The position numbers and the translations under genes are program-made. A DNA stretch of 64,000 bases from Azolla caroliniana (lineage: Eukaryota > Plantae > Polypodiophyta), in assembly GCA_043228905.1 (NCBI GenBank), contig JBHGNT010000018.1:14260001-14324000 (forward strand), in the 5' to 3' direction. Positions within the stretch are counted from its first letter, which is position 1. Every line of letters begins with the position of its first letter. The notes beneath the pieces were generated by a model, which ran no database searches, was not told the DNA's origin, and saw only the letters and a program-made list of their open reading frames with translations. This document shows, in pieces, positions 24,206-36,367 of the stretch.

Positions 24206-27200
24206 ACATAAACTCAATTCAAAATATCACTTTGAAACTCTGTACATACAACGTGTTAAACAACACTATTTATACAACTCCATAAAGTACTGACAGGTAC
24301 TTCAATATTCCTATGTGCGATTGACACTAAGTATGAGACAATGATTACCTAGTAGTCTAGGCTACTACTAGTCTTCCAGTTCCCGCTCGAATCTGGCTCT
24401 CCAGTCTGTCTACCCGATCCGGCCGGTTGTTTCCGGATACCGATCCAGGTCATCCTTCCGGATGCCGATCTGGATCCGGTTGAGCTTGCTCGCCCAACAC
24501 TCCCCCTCAAGATCAACTTGGGGTCAGATTGTGGTGTTAGTGTCTGCGACAACCAGTTCTTCTACCTAGCTCCTTCTAGCGTTGCTCCGCCTTGCTCACG
24601 CTCCTCGTCTGGTCCGATCTTGTTCACCTCGACCTCCTCGGTCGACTTGTCAGGTCCATTTCATCTCCCTCGTTGCTGCAACTCCGGCACTTGTTGACCC
24701 ATCGGTTCCTTCGTGTTGGCGTTGACTTCCACTGCATCCGTGTCCGTTTGGCCTTTAGTTGATCCAGCTTCTTCGAATCTTGAACTGAATCAGTTTCCTT
24801 CGATTTGTTCCAGCTCTTGTCCGAATCGGTCGCTCCTGATTCATTCCGGCTCTTGTCCGAGTCAGTGTTCTCCAACTCGTCTTTCGGTTTCAAGCTCTTC
24901 ACCATATTAGACCATGTCCGGGTCTTGGCCTTCTCCTTCCGGTTGGCTCTGTCCTTCTTGACTCTGCCGCCACTACCGCTTGTTCCGACTTGTTCGGATG
25001 TGCTGACTTCCTTCGTCGACTTGGCTTCCTTTTTCCCTTTGTCTCCCCCTTTGTTGGTTCTTTCTTCCTCTCTGGCTCCTTTTCTGGTGCCATCCGCTCC
25101 CTTTCCTTTTCTCCCCCTCAAGTGCGACACGTCGAGATGTTGAACACCAAGCATTTCGATGAAGTGATGCAACTTGTCTGATCCGAGCGGTTTGTTGAAG
25201 ATATCGACAACTTGCCGATCCGTTTGGACATACCAAAGTTCAACGTCACCACTCAAAACCCGCTCACGCACAAAGTGGTAGTGGACTTCTATGTGCTTCA
25301 TCCGAGCATAGAACACGAGGTTCTTGGTGAGCTGAATGCTGCTCATGTTGTCACAGTAGATCAGGATTGGGGTCGGTACCTCAATCCACAGGTCTTGCAG
25401 TAGTCGCCGAAGCCAGATGGCTTCACAGGTGGCATTGGTAGCGCCCCGGTATTCAGCCTCAATGCTCGACAGAGCCATTGTTGGCTGCTTCTTGTTGCTC
25501 CATGCAACAACCGTGCTACCAAGAGAAAACATGTAACCGGAGGTGGATCGGTGATCTGGCATCACCAGCCCAGTTGACATCGGTATATTTGACTAGCTTC
25601 CTAGCTATACCACGTCGGTATAACAGTCCCCGATCCTTCATGTTGTTAACATACCGGAGTATCTGGTGTGCGCACTGAAGGTGCTCGACGGTCGGCTTCT
25701 GCATGAACTGGCTGATCACTCTGACCGGGTAACAAAGGTCGGGTGGAGTGCTTGTCAGTTATACGAGGCTTCTGACAATTTGTCAGAACCGTTTCTCATC
25801 GCAGGCCGGTCCGAAGTTGGGACAGAGCTTCTGGTTCTGGTCTAGGGGTGTGGACACAAGTCGGCATTCTGTCATGCCGAACTTGTACAACATATTCAAC
25901 ACAGTGTGTCATTGTGAGAGCAATATGTTGTCGGGGGTTCGGATCACCTCGATCCCAAGAAAATAATGAAGGTCCCCTAGGTCCTTCATTTCAAATGCGT
26001 TCAACAATTGGGACTTTACTCAGCTGATTTCATTGAGTCCGGGTCCGGTGATGACTAAATCATCAACATAAAGTAGGATGCAAACTGGACCATTCGGACC
26101 TTGCCGGATGAACTACGATGAGTCGGATTTAGAGGTCACAAACCCCATCTTATGCAACTGGTGCATAATCTTCGCATTCCAAGCTCAGGGGGCTTGTTTC
26201 AGACAGTAAAGCATTTACTATGAGTCATAGAATCATATTCTTTGACACATAACTTATGAGCTTTCACATTCCCCATGCTCCATGAGTCTTGTGGTTAATG
26301 AAGAGAGAGGGTGACTATATAAAGCACCCTCCTCCCACCTTGTAGAATGTTGAGTCTTTCTCCTTTGTTAATATACTTTATCTTGCGTATTCTCTGTGTC
26401 TTACTCCTTGTCTCTCTCACCCTCTCTCTCTTTCTCATACACACACACACACACACACACACAAGAATCATACCCAATTCTTTACACTTCCTTTCGGCCA
26501 CACCATTTTGCTCCGACGTGTATCTATAGCTGAATTCTCTCTGAATTCCGTGCTGTTGCAGATAATTGTTGAATTGGCCGGAAAAGTATTCTTTTCCGCC
26601 ATCCGACCGCAAGCACTTGACCTTCCTCTCCATTTCTCGTTCAACTAAGCTTTGCAAGTTCCGGAAACATTCGAAGACTTCGCTCTTATGTTCGATGAGG
26701 TAGATCCACGTGTGCCGGCTATAGTCGTCGATGAAGGAGACGAAGTATCGACTCCCGCCAAGACTAACGTTTTGTGCCGGTCCCCATACATCCGAATGTA
26801 TTAGATCGAGCTTGTTATGGCTCCGGTGTCATTCGGTTGGGAATGGAAGCCAGTTTTGCTTTTGAGTTGGCAGGCTTCACAAAATTCGAACTTCCGGCTG
26901 CTAAATTTCGGCAAACCGAAGACAACTTGTTTCGATTGCAGGTCTTTAAGCCTCCAGTAGTTGACGTGGCCGATCCGCTTGTGCCATAGGTCGATGTCCG
27001 ACTTGATCTTTTGCCCTTTGGCAAACATGGCGGTGCCAACAACATTGGTGTTGAGGATGAACATCCTCCCTTCTCTGTGCCCTTGTGCAATTATTTGGCC
27101 TTCTTCCTCGATGAAGCACCCTAGGTGCGTAAACCGCAACTGCATCCCCTGGTCGACGATTTGTCCAACTGACACTAGGTTCTTTGTGCTAGTCGAAATG

Positions 27201-28888
27201 TGTAGTACGTTCATTAGCTTCCCCTTTTGTCCGAGATGGCTTAAAGGGACTTCTCCGACATGCACAATCGGGTGAGGGGCTTTGTCTCCGGTTTCGACAA
27301 TCCCCGATTGTTCTGGCTTCTCCAAAAAAGAGAACCACTCTTCATGGCTTGTCATGTGGTTGGACGCTCCAGAATCAACGTACCATACTTCCTCCAATTT
27401 GGAAGTAGTCTTCTTCATCGAGTTGGCCTTGTGCTTCATCACGAAGGCTGGCCCTTTACCGATTTTCCCGGTTCTGGATCATTCTGATCCTTCCAATCCT
27501 TCCGCGTAGTGTGAGCTTTGCCGGTTCTCCCGATTGATTATGTTGGATCCGGATTTGTCCGAATCGGCGCGCTTCTTCCAGCACTCGCTTTCCCTGTGGC
27601 CCTTTTTGCCATAGTACCAGCATTCCGTGTCGGCCTTTCCTTGCCAGTTCCCGGCGCTGCTTTGACTCCCCCTGCTTGTGGAGGGTCCAGAACTGTTGTC
27701 GGCACCACTTCTGTGCCTCCGGTCCTGCTCTTGCCGAGCGCCTCCATTGCATGCCGACCCACCTCGTCCACCACGTCCATGGGGCCGATCTGTCTTCGTG
27801 TATAGCATCCGACCGTTGGATTGAGTGGTCCTTGACCCACTCGCGTGGTTTTCTTCGACCATCAACATCGATTGCAAGTCGAAGAAAGACGGTGGCTTCT
27901 CCCGAGTGTAGATCGTTATCCGGATTGGCCTGTACCTTTGCGCTAGACCACCGAGGTAGATTTGTACCATCTTGTCTTTGTCCACCGTCACATTGATGGA
28001 CCCGAGCGCGTCACAAATATCCTTTATCTTGGTGGTCTAGTCCGTAACCGACATGTCTCTTTGGTGGATGTTGTTCAGCTCTTGCCGGAGTTGCAACTTA
28101 CGGGCTGTGGTACTCGCGGCGAAAATCTTCCTCAGATTTCCCCAAGCCTCCTTGGGCTTCTTTGCATCCTTGATGTAGCCGAGCATCTGATCGTGCACAT
28201 AGGATGCGAGGAAGTACAATACTCGGCTCGCTCCTTGCTCCCATACTGGGAAGTCATTGTGTGCCGGCTCTAGCGCTACCTCATTCGTTCCTTCCACGAA
28301 GCTCCAATATCCATGCCCTAGCAGGTCCTGGTGCATTTTATATGACCAGGACGTGTAGTTGCTCCGGTCAAGCTTCTCTGTTGGAAGTGAACTTGCCATT
28401 CCTCTGTCCATATCCTCTCTTTGTCTGTTGTTACCAGGTTCTAGGGTTTGTCTACGGAAGCAAGTGTCAACTGCAGAGGTTCTCAACCCTGGCGCTCTGA
28501 TACCATGTGAATGTAAACATGCGGAAGCGTTAGACAGAACTGGCTCAACCGCATAGCAACAGAGAATAAGATGAAGGTTTAATGGAGTAGCTTAACACAC
28601 AGAGAATACGCATAGGAGAGAGAGAGAGAGAGAAAGTAGAACATAAACTCAATTTACAATATAACTCTGAAACTTTGTACATACAACGTGTTAAACAACA
28701 CTATTTATACAAGTCCAAAAAGGACTGACAGAAGTACTGACAAGTACTTCAATATTCCTATGTACGAGACACTAAATACTACTATGCTTCCGGTTCCCGC
28801 TCGAATCCGGCTCTCCGATCCGTCTCCTCGATCCGGCCGGTTGTTTCCGGATATCGATCCGGATCTGGTTGAGCTTGCTCACTCAACA
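24053..28888 (-). mobile_element. Ty1/Copia element D, internally deleted
   Basis: LTRs 24053-24499 and 28506-28888, TSD CAAGT, iMet PBS 28492-28505, PPT 24500-24511. gag 27479-28400, PR/GAG-pre-integrase 26801-27442, RNase H ~25100-25580. Confidence 0.93.
26210..26486 (+). repeat. Truncated LTR of the Copia E family at a deletion junction in D
   Basis: Reverse complement of part of 45073-45465. The D sequence from late integrase to early RT is missing on its left. Confidence 0.85.
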
Positions 28889-29913
28889 CAAGTGTCTCCC
28901 AACTGTCCGGAAAAACTGTTAATACCTCGTCGGCTAGAGGCACTTCTAGAGAGGTGGTCTGATTTATGAGTCCTTGGAAGGCATTCAGATGCTCTGCCAT
29001 ATTGGAGCCATCCTGATACCTGAGTCTCATGATCTTTCGGAAAATAGAGACTCTATTTACGACATTTTTGTTTTTGAACATGATGTCAATCTTCTCCCAA
29101 AGGACATCTGCCTTGTTCTCATAATTAAAGTTGTTGTATAGATTCATGCCTTATGTATGTTGCTGCCTTTAGATGCAACACTTCCCAGGTCGATGCATCA
29201 ATCTTGTCCGGCCTTTTACTTCTGAATTGTACTGGCAACCACAAATCTTTGCATACAAACATATCTCTCATCTTCGACTTCCACACTGAGTAGTTGGAGC
29301 CAGTTAGCTTGAATATACCCCCAAATGAGTTTTCCATTTTTTTTTCCTGAACTTCACTTTGAAACCAGTTTGATACTAGAAACGAGATCTCAGCCACAAC
29401 CAAGTTCAAATGCGGAATGGGAACAAGAAAATATAGAGAGAAAACCAAAATTAATGTACACAAGATATTAACGTGAGAAACCCCTGAATGGGGAAGAAAA
29501 CCACAAGTGTCCACTATGAGAGGAGATATATAGTAAGACGAACTCACATGCACCGATCTGAGTTCACGTGCTTCGCCAATGGGCAGTTACAACAAAGATA
29601 ATCTTGCTCGTTCACTGTGTCTGCTCAACAATGGAGGCAACAACCTCGCACACACAGTACATCGTTACACAAACAACTCTACAACCAGATGAACAAGACA
29701 ACTCAACTAACTATCATAATTTTGCCTAGTTATCTTTATACTCAGATAACTTTCGGGCTATTTACACAATTGGCCTAGATAGGCTCGATACAAAACCTAT
29801 TTACATATTTGACCTTTCCGGATACTTATCTGAACTCCATCTAGCTCCCGACCGGGTGTAGTAATCTCCTCTATCTGGGGTTCGGCCCATCCGGAGGGAC
29901 CTAATTCTCAACA

Positions 29914-30857
29914 CATGGGTGCTCTCAGTTGCACTTAATTTTGGCAACAAGTTGTCCACCCATGAATTTTGGCATGAAACTAACACAAAAGAAGTAGACA
30001 ATGTGTTTGGGACCGTTGCCCATTTGCAACAATCCAAGATTGACGTTCTGTTGCAAGCACATTAGTTATGGTATTATATGATGTCCAACATTTATCGATC
30101 ACTATCATATTTGACCTCATAGTGGGCATCCTTGCGAATATGACTCTCAAGCAAGTTTCTAACGCAACTTGCTCATGGACTACAAAGCATGTACCATAAT
30201 GGGATCCCAATTCCTATGGCGTTGGGTGCAACAACCGCATATAACAATAGACCGAATTGGTTTGTTTTAAACGTAGAGTTTGTTGTCCAAGAGTTGTTTA
30301 GGGTCAACTTCTCACACATCTCCAACATCCATTTATCTTGAAGTATCAAGATAAATGGTTTCTTGGCGAGAGATCCTGGTTCACCAGGCAAGTAAGGTTG
30401 GACATGTGCCACTTTCCCAAGATCTCATAGTGCATAGGCATCTTGCATCATCAAAGACCAATCAACCTCTGACATGGCAATCCAAAATTTTAACCTATTT
30501 GCCATTTTATGGACCTCCTTTGGTACCCTAAAAAACCTATAGCTAACAAGTTCTAATGGACTAGCCTTGGAATTATGATATGCTTCCTTGTGCATGCTCA
30601 TCTGTGCCACATGCCTTGCACACCCAACATCAAATAGGTCCTCTTTGCAACAACTTATGACATTGGGGTTAGCTGTTAAATGGTACACATCTGACTTACT
30701 ACTTGGTACATGACCACTATGAGGCCCATATATTGAAATGGTTATGGTCCCATTGTCAACCCTATCATTCATTCAAATATCCACATGGAATGTACACCCA
30801 CATCTAGGTGTGCACCTACGTCATTGAGTGGATTCAGATGTGTGTCGAGATGTCCCA
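29914..30857 (-). pseudogene. Mutator-like (MULE) transposase relic
   Basis: Fragments FILILQDKWMLE...NSTFKTNQFGLLLYAVV...GIPLWYML, MIVIDK, and a C..H..NSW region resemble the MULE DDE core. Many stops. Confidence 0.65.
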
Positions 30858-30859
30858 AC

Positions 30860-31320
30860 TATTGAGCGAACAAGCTCAACATGGGCCGGATTGGCTGGAT
30901 AAGCCGATAGGTCAAACCAAAATCGATTCGGTTGGTTAGGCTCACTTTCCGGACTGGATGTTGGATCGGCTGAAGAAGCCGGATAGCAGATTCAGACCGG
31001 ATGATGTAGTGGCTACTGAACCCGTCTGAAACGTCACACGTGCCGAGTAGAACTATTATATTAAATAGGTCCAACGTAGGCAATTAGTGTCAGGATCCTT
31101 TTAGAGAATTGATGTACATGTCAATACTTCATAATAGCCTTAACAAATGGGCTTGTATATATAAAGTGCACTTAAACACTATGAATGTACTAAGTTTTTT
31201 GTATTAGAATTTTTGTTGTTTGCTCACACTCAGTTTTTCCCTCTCTCTCATTGTGTATCTCCATTCTCTGTTTTTACCTAACTGTTGTCTGTTACTCGGT
31301 ATAACCAATTGTGTTGTTAA
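30860..31320 (+). repeat. Decayed Copia-type LTR
   Basis: Begins T(A)TTGAGCGAACAAGCTCAAC, similar to the LTR at 61380. Has a TATA at ~31157. Confidence 0.65.
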
Positions 31321-33250
31321 TATTAGGAATATGTCCCTCCTATGGGAGCAACCGACTGGACGTGCCGAGTGCCGACTATTAGAGATATGATCTAATGTAA
31401 GTGTATGATAAGGAGAAAAGAATGATAGATAGATAGATAGAAAGGAGAGAGAGAGAGAGAAAGAAGGGTGCCGATCCACCCGACCACCCCCGAGCGAAGG
31501 GATCGAGACGGACTCGAGCCTCGATCGGCATCCCATACCACCGTCGTGGCGTCGAGTCGTACCTAGTGCTGGCGCGCTCGCTACAAGATTTGAACCACCA
31601 CGAAATAGAGTCTCGACATAGTCAAAAGATGATCAAATGAGGGTAGCAAGGCCTCTTATTTATAGCGATACCCAAGGCCCCCATGCAAGTTCACACTTGA
31701 CCTAATGGGTTGTCTCAATCCCGAGGATTAAAAGTAATCCTCCCCTTCTTTACACTCTCGTTTAACCCTCACACTTATCCACGTGTATAGAATACTATGG
31801 TAAATTCTCACCACGGGATATTATATGGTCATGCCCGTAACATACTCCCCCTCTTTAAAACATTGCACTCTTTCAATGGAAAGTTAGGGAAGTTAGTTCT
31901 GAGATTATTTTCACGTTCCCATGTGGCATCTTTTATTGATTTATCCATCCATTTTATTTTAAATTCTCGGATTTCTTTAGTACATAATTTTTTTGTTTTA
32001 ACATCGAGAATTCTTTCTAGTACATGTGGTTTAGAAGATAATTCTTCAGTTGTAACTGTATTGTCGCCAGAACCTAGAAGTTCTTTTAGATGACTCACAT
32101 GAAAAACTGGATGAATTTCAACACCATTGGGAAGAGCGAGACGATACGTTGATGACCCAATGCGTTTGAGGACTGTAAAAGGTCCACAAAACCGTGGGGC
32201 TAACTTAGTGCACTTACCCTTAGACAATATCTTAGAATTGTGAGGTACACGTAAAAATACCTTTATCCAAGGTTGAATAAACGAGGTTGCCTATTATGAT
32301 CGGCATAAGAACGTGCTCTAACTTGAGTTGTTTTTATATTATCTCGTGCAATATGCAACATATCTTGCATATCCCGAAGAAAGTTTTGCGTACTTCGCAA
32401 CTCATCATGATGTATATTAACATCAATCGAGGCTTGTGGCTAAAAACCATACATCAACATAAAAGGACTATATCCTGTCAATGTATGCTTGGAGCTGTTA
32501 TAAGCAAACTCCAAAAGTGGGAGATAACATTCCCATTTTGTTGGTTTTGTACCAACGTATGCTCGAAGCATGTCCTCAATAATTTGATTTATTTGTTTTG
32601 TCTGTCCATCGGATTGAGGATGATCCGTGGAGCTCATGGTCAACGTAGTTTCTAACTTCTTAAAGACTTGCATCCAGAAGTCACTAGTAAACATTGGATC
32701 TCGATCACTCATGATATCCATCGGTAACCCATTAAAACAAAATAACTCGTCAACAAATTGGTAAGCCAATTCAGAAGTTGTTATCGTGGTTTTAGTAGCA
32801 ATAAATCTAGCCATTTTAGTTAGTCTATCAACCACAACCCAGATGGCACCATGGCCTTTTTGGGTGCGAGGAAGGCTAACAATAAAATCCATGGATATAC
32901 TTTCCCACTTATTGTTGGGAATGTCCAAGGGATGTAAAAGTCCTACGGCTTTAAGTCGCTCAGCTTTGTTAACCTGACATTGGTGACATTTAGTCACATA
33001 GCTATGTATGCTAGGATGCATCTTAGGCCAATAGAATTGAGTGGAGATGAGAACGAGTGTACGATGTATTCCAGGGTGCCCCGTAGAGGGTGCATCATGG
33101 CATTAAAAAAGAATTCTCTTTTTGATCTCAGGCAAATCTAGAACACAAACCTTCCCATTACGGTAGAGCAGACTGTTAGCAATGTGGAAGTATTCCTTCG
33201 AGGATGTGGTGGTGTCTATTCCAGACTCAACTCTTGCCCAGTATTTCGCA
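31321..33250 (-). mobile_element. Chromovirus (Ty3/Gypsy) 3' remnant
   Basis: Integrase 32440-33021 (WESISMDF, SDRD, HPQSDGQT). GPF plus chromodomain 31829-32227 (ERILD...FKIKW...DATWE). PPT at 31843-31856 and LTR ~31321-31842. Confidence 0.85.
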
Positions 33251-33942
33251 AGGAGAAAGAGAGGGTTGTTACATCGGATAGTTAATTCGGTTGCTTCGAG
33301 CCGAGATTTTCCATTATCTCCTCACGTCAACTTTCATATTCCCCTGCCCCTTTCCGTGCAGATCTTTAAAGTACTTATTAAATCCTAGTCCCTAGGTTAT
33401 TTACATGTGTTTATACATAGTACATATTTTTGAGTGCATCAACGCACACCCTCTTTCACGCACATTCGATCCTTTTCCCCTTCGTGACCGGAATTTTTCA
33501 TGAAATCCACCCCCACCAAACCGCACATCCACCGGTATGTGCCGAAAGAGGAAAGGCAGAAATAACGGTCCCTCGATTACTCGTTGTCTTTCGTTCCGTC
33601 AACCTCCCGAACTTCGTCCGATTCCCCCGTTTCGCCACCCTCGCTCTCATACTCCGGATCCAGCTCCTCTTCGTGCCGCTTCTTGAAGGTCTTAATCCAC
33701 TTCCATGCAACCGGCTATCCTCATTCCGTCGAGCTCCGCAAGGTGGTACGTGGCATTGCTATTCACGCCCATCACCATGTGAGGCCCGAACCATCTCCGT
33801 GCAAATTTCCGTGTAGCCTTGTGCTGGTTGTGGAGGCTACTGTCATAAACCAATACCCAGTCGCCTTCCTCTATCTTCTTCGGTCTTAGCGGGTGCGTCC
33901 GGTTGAACCGACCCTTGTTCTTCTCCCGCGCGTGTACAATTT

Positions 33943-34402
33943 TGTTGGGAGACAGGTCCCTCTGGATGGGAAGGGAGAAGAACAGTGCTGATGAATAAAC
34001 TCGGCCGAGGCCGAATCTGGATGAGGAGTACCCGGCTACGGAGAGCCGGATGGTGCAAACCCGGTGAGAACCGGATGAGGAGTACCCGGCTACGGAGAGC
34101 CGAATGGTGCAGACTCGGTGAGAACCGGATGAGGAGTACCCGGCTACGGAGAGCCGGATGGTACAGACCCGGTGAGAACCAGATGAGGAGTACCCGGCTA
34201 CGGAGAGCCGGATGGTGCAGACCCGGTGAGAAGTGCTCACCGGATGAAGAGACATATTCGTAAATATGTTTCTGAGAGTCCATCATGGCTATATTTGTAA
34301 ATAGCCGAAAAGTCATATTAGTATAAATATGACTTAGGGCAAACTTTTAGCAATTGTTGTCATTTCTTGTTGGTGCAAGGAGAGAGAGAGTGCGTAACTA
34401 TG

Positions 34403-34441
<39 letters not shown>

Positions 34442-34709
34442 GTCGTTGCCTCTGTTGTAACCGCCGCTTGTGGCGAGGATCGTGAGCACGAGGTCGTTGC
34501 CTCCGTGAACTCACTGTTGTACATTCTAACATAGTGATAGTTTGCAGCCTGTGGGCTGCCATGGTTTTTCCATTAGTTTGGGTTTTCCACGTAAACATCC
34601 TGCGTACTCGTCGCTTCTTCGTGTCGTTCATTATTTCCCGTTTTCTGTGTATGATTCTAAGCTCGGTTGTGGCCGAGCGTTGCGTATAAGGAGCGTGCAG
34701 TTCCCGTCA
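33943..34709 (+). mobile_element. Solo LTR with 54-bp array (~4 units)
   Basis: TG...CA, TSD AATTT, homolog of 5013-5882. Confidence 0.92.
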
Positions 34710-36367
34710 AATTTTGCTTTTGTGCTCTCTACGTCCTCTGGCCTCCGCTCGAGCTGTCGAATCCTCACCACCAACAACTCTTCCTGGCTCATTTCGCCCG
34801 TCCAATGGATCTCCACCCACGAAGAGATTGTCTGTTCCACCCGCATGATCGGCTTTTGCTCATACATGAGTTCTTCCGGCATGAACCCAGTCACCGAACT
34901 GTGCATAGTTCAGTCCGTCCACAATGCGTAAGGTAGGAGCCGCGGCCAATTCCCGACTTGCCCTTCGCACGCCCGTACTACTGCCTTCACAATTGGTTTG
35001 TGTCCACGCTCGACTTTCCCATTCGCCTCTGGATTGTACATCGTAGTGGGGGAGAGCTTTACCCCTAACCGGACGAACAACTCTTCCATTCTTGTGCATT
35101 CAACTCCCCATGATCACTTCTTTGATCAAAAACCGGCATCGACCGCGGTCGTCTTGTTCTGTAGTGCCCGGTCCTCCACCTGATTCGTTAGATCTTCTCG
35201 CGCTAACACTAGATATCGCATTTGCTCCACCCCCATCGGCATCGTCACTAAATCCACCACCCACTTGAAGTGGACGGTCGGAGGGTAGGTCGGGTGCAAT
35301 TCATCTCTATGTCGGACCGTGGAATGCATTTGACAGCTCTCGCAGGTCGTCACGAATTGGTGCACGTCCCGGTACATTCCCAGCCACCAATATTTCTCCT
35401 TCAACTTCTCAAACGTGGCCCACGTTCCACGATGTCTGGACCAATGGCTCTCGTGGTACTCCGACAGTAGCGCCATCTGTTCTTCCCTCCTTATCACTAC
35501 ACGGAGCGGAATGTCGTTACGCTTCTTCAGGTGCTTCCATATATTCCCATTCCGCAAGAAGAAACGATACGCCATTTTCCGGATCCGGTTTGCTTGGCCC
35601 TTCATCCACGCCGCATCTGGTGTCAACGTCCTCAACAATCTACCGATCTAGAGCCACTCCCCCTCATACTCATTCTCGTTAAACTCGTTTAGTGCCGGAA
35701 TGCTCCTCCCCTTTGCCGTCACTTGAGCCGACTTGAAGAAATCTGTGTCAACTTCTTCGTCTTCTGATACCATGCCGTCTTCGTCGACAAACCGCGCTCT
35801 TGAGAGCATATCAGCCATGGCATTGTCTTTCCCGGAGATGTGCCATATCTCCGGATTCAGGGACTTAATGTACGCGATCCACTTGAGCATAGCCAGGTCC
35901 GCAGTCACGCATCCGGAAACCATACCGAGGATTGGTAGGAAGTCCGTCTCAATTACTACCTCTATCCCGATCAAGTAATCCTTATCGGCCTTCACCGCCG
36001 AAACGATACCCCAAAGTTCGTGTTTAACCTTGGCGTATCCTCATTGCCGCTCACTCAATACTTTCACTCTGAATCGGATGGGGAACCTCGTGCCATCCGC
36101 GTCTTCCTGATTGACCACCCATCCGATTCCGGTCGGACTTGTGTCCACCGTCACGTAAACTGGGATACCTTTCCCGTAGACCACCTTCCTGAGGACGGTG
36201 CCGCTGTCAGTGCCTCCTTTAGCTTCCGAACTGACCCCGCGTGCTCTTGATTCCATTCGAATTTACGACCCTTCTTTAGTAGCCCATAGAGCGGCTTCAC
36301 GATGTGTGCGTAATGCAGAATCCAAATGTGGTAAAATGTGCACGCTCCTAGGAACCTCCGGACTTCC

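Larger units (their letters stand above)
12191..29913 (-). mobile_element. Degenerate Ty1/Copia element C (3' truncated), host of the young Gypsy and of Copia D
   Basis: 5' LTR 29371-29913 and a degenerate iMet PBS at ~29357-29368. gag 28894-29338 and 23632-24052. Integrase 22497-23375 continues left of 12306 (GYRL*DLVYKKVIRSRDIVF). Confidence 0.85.
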
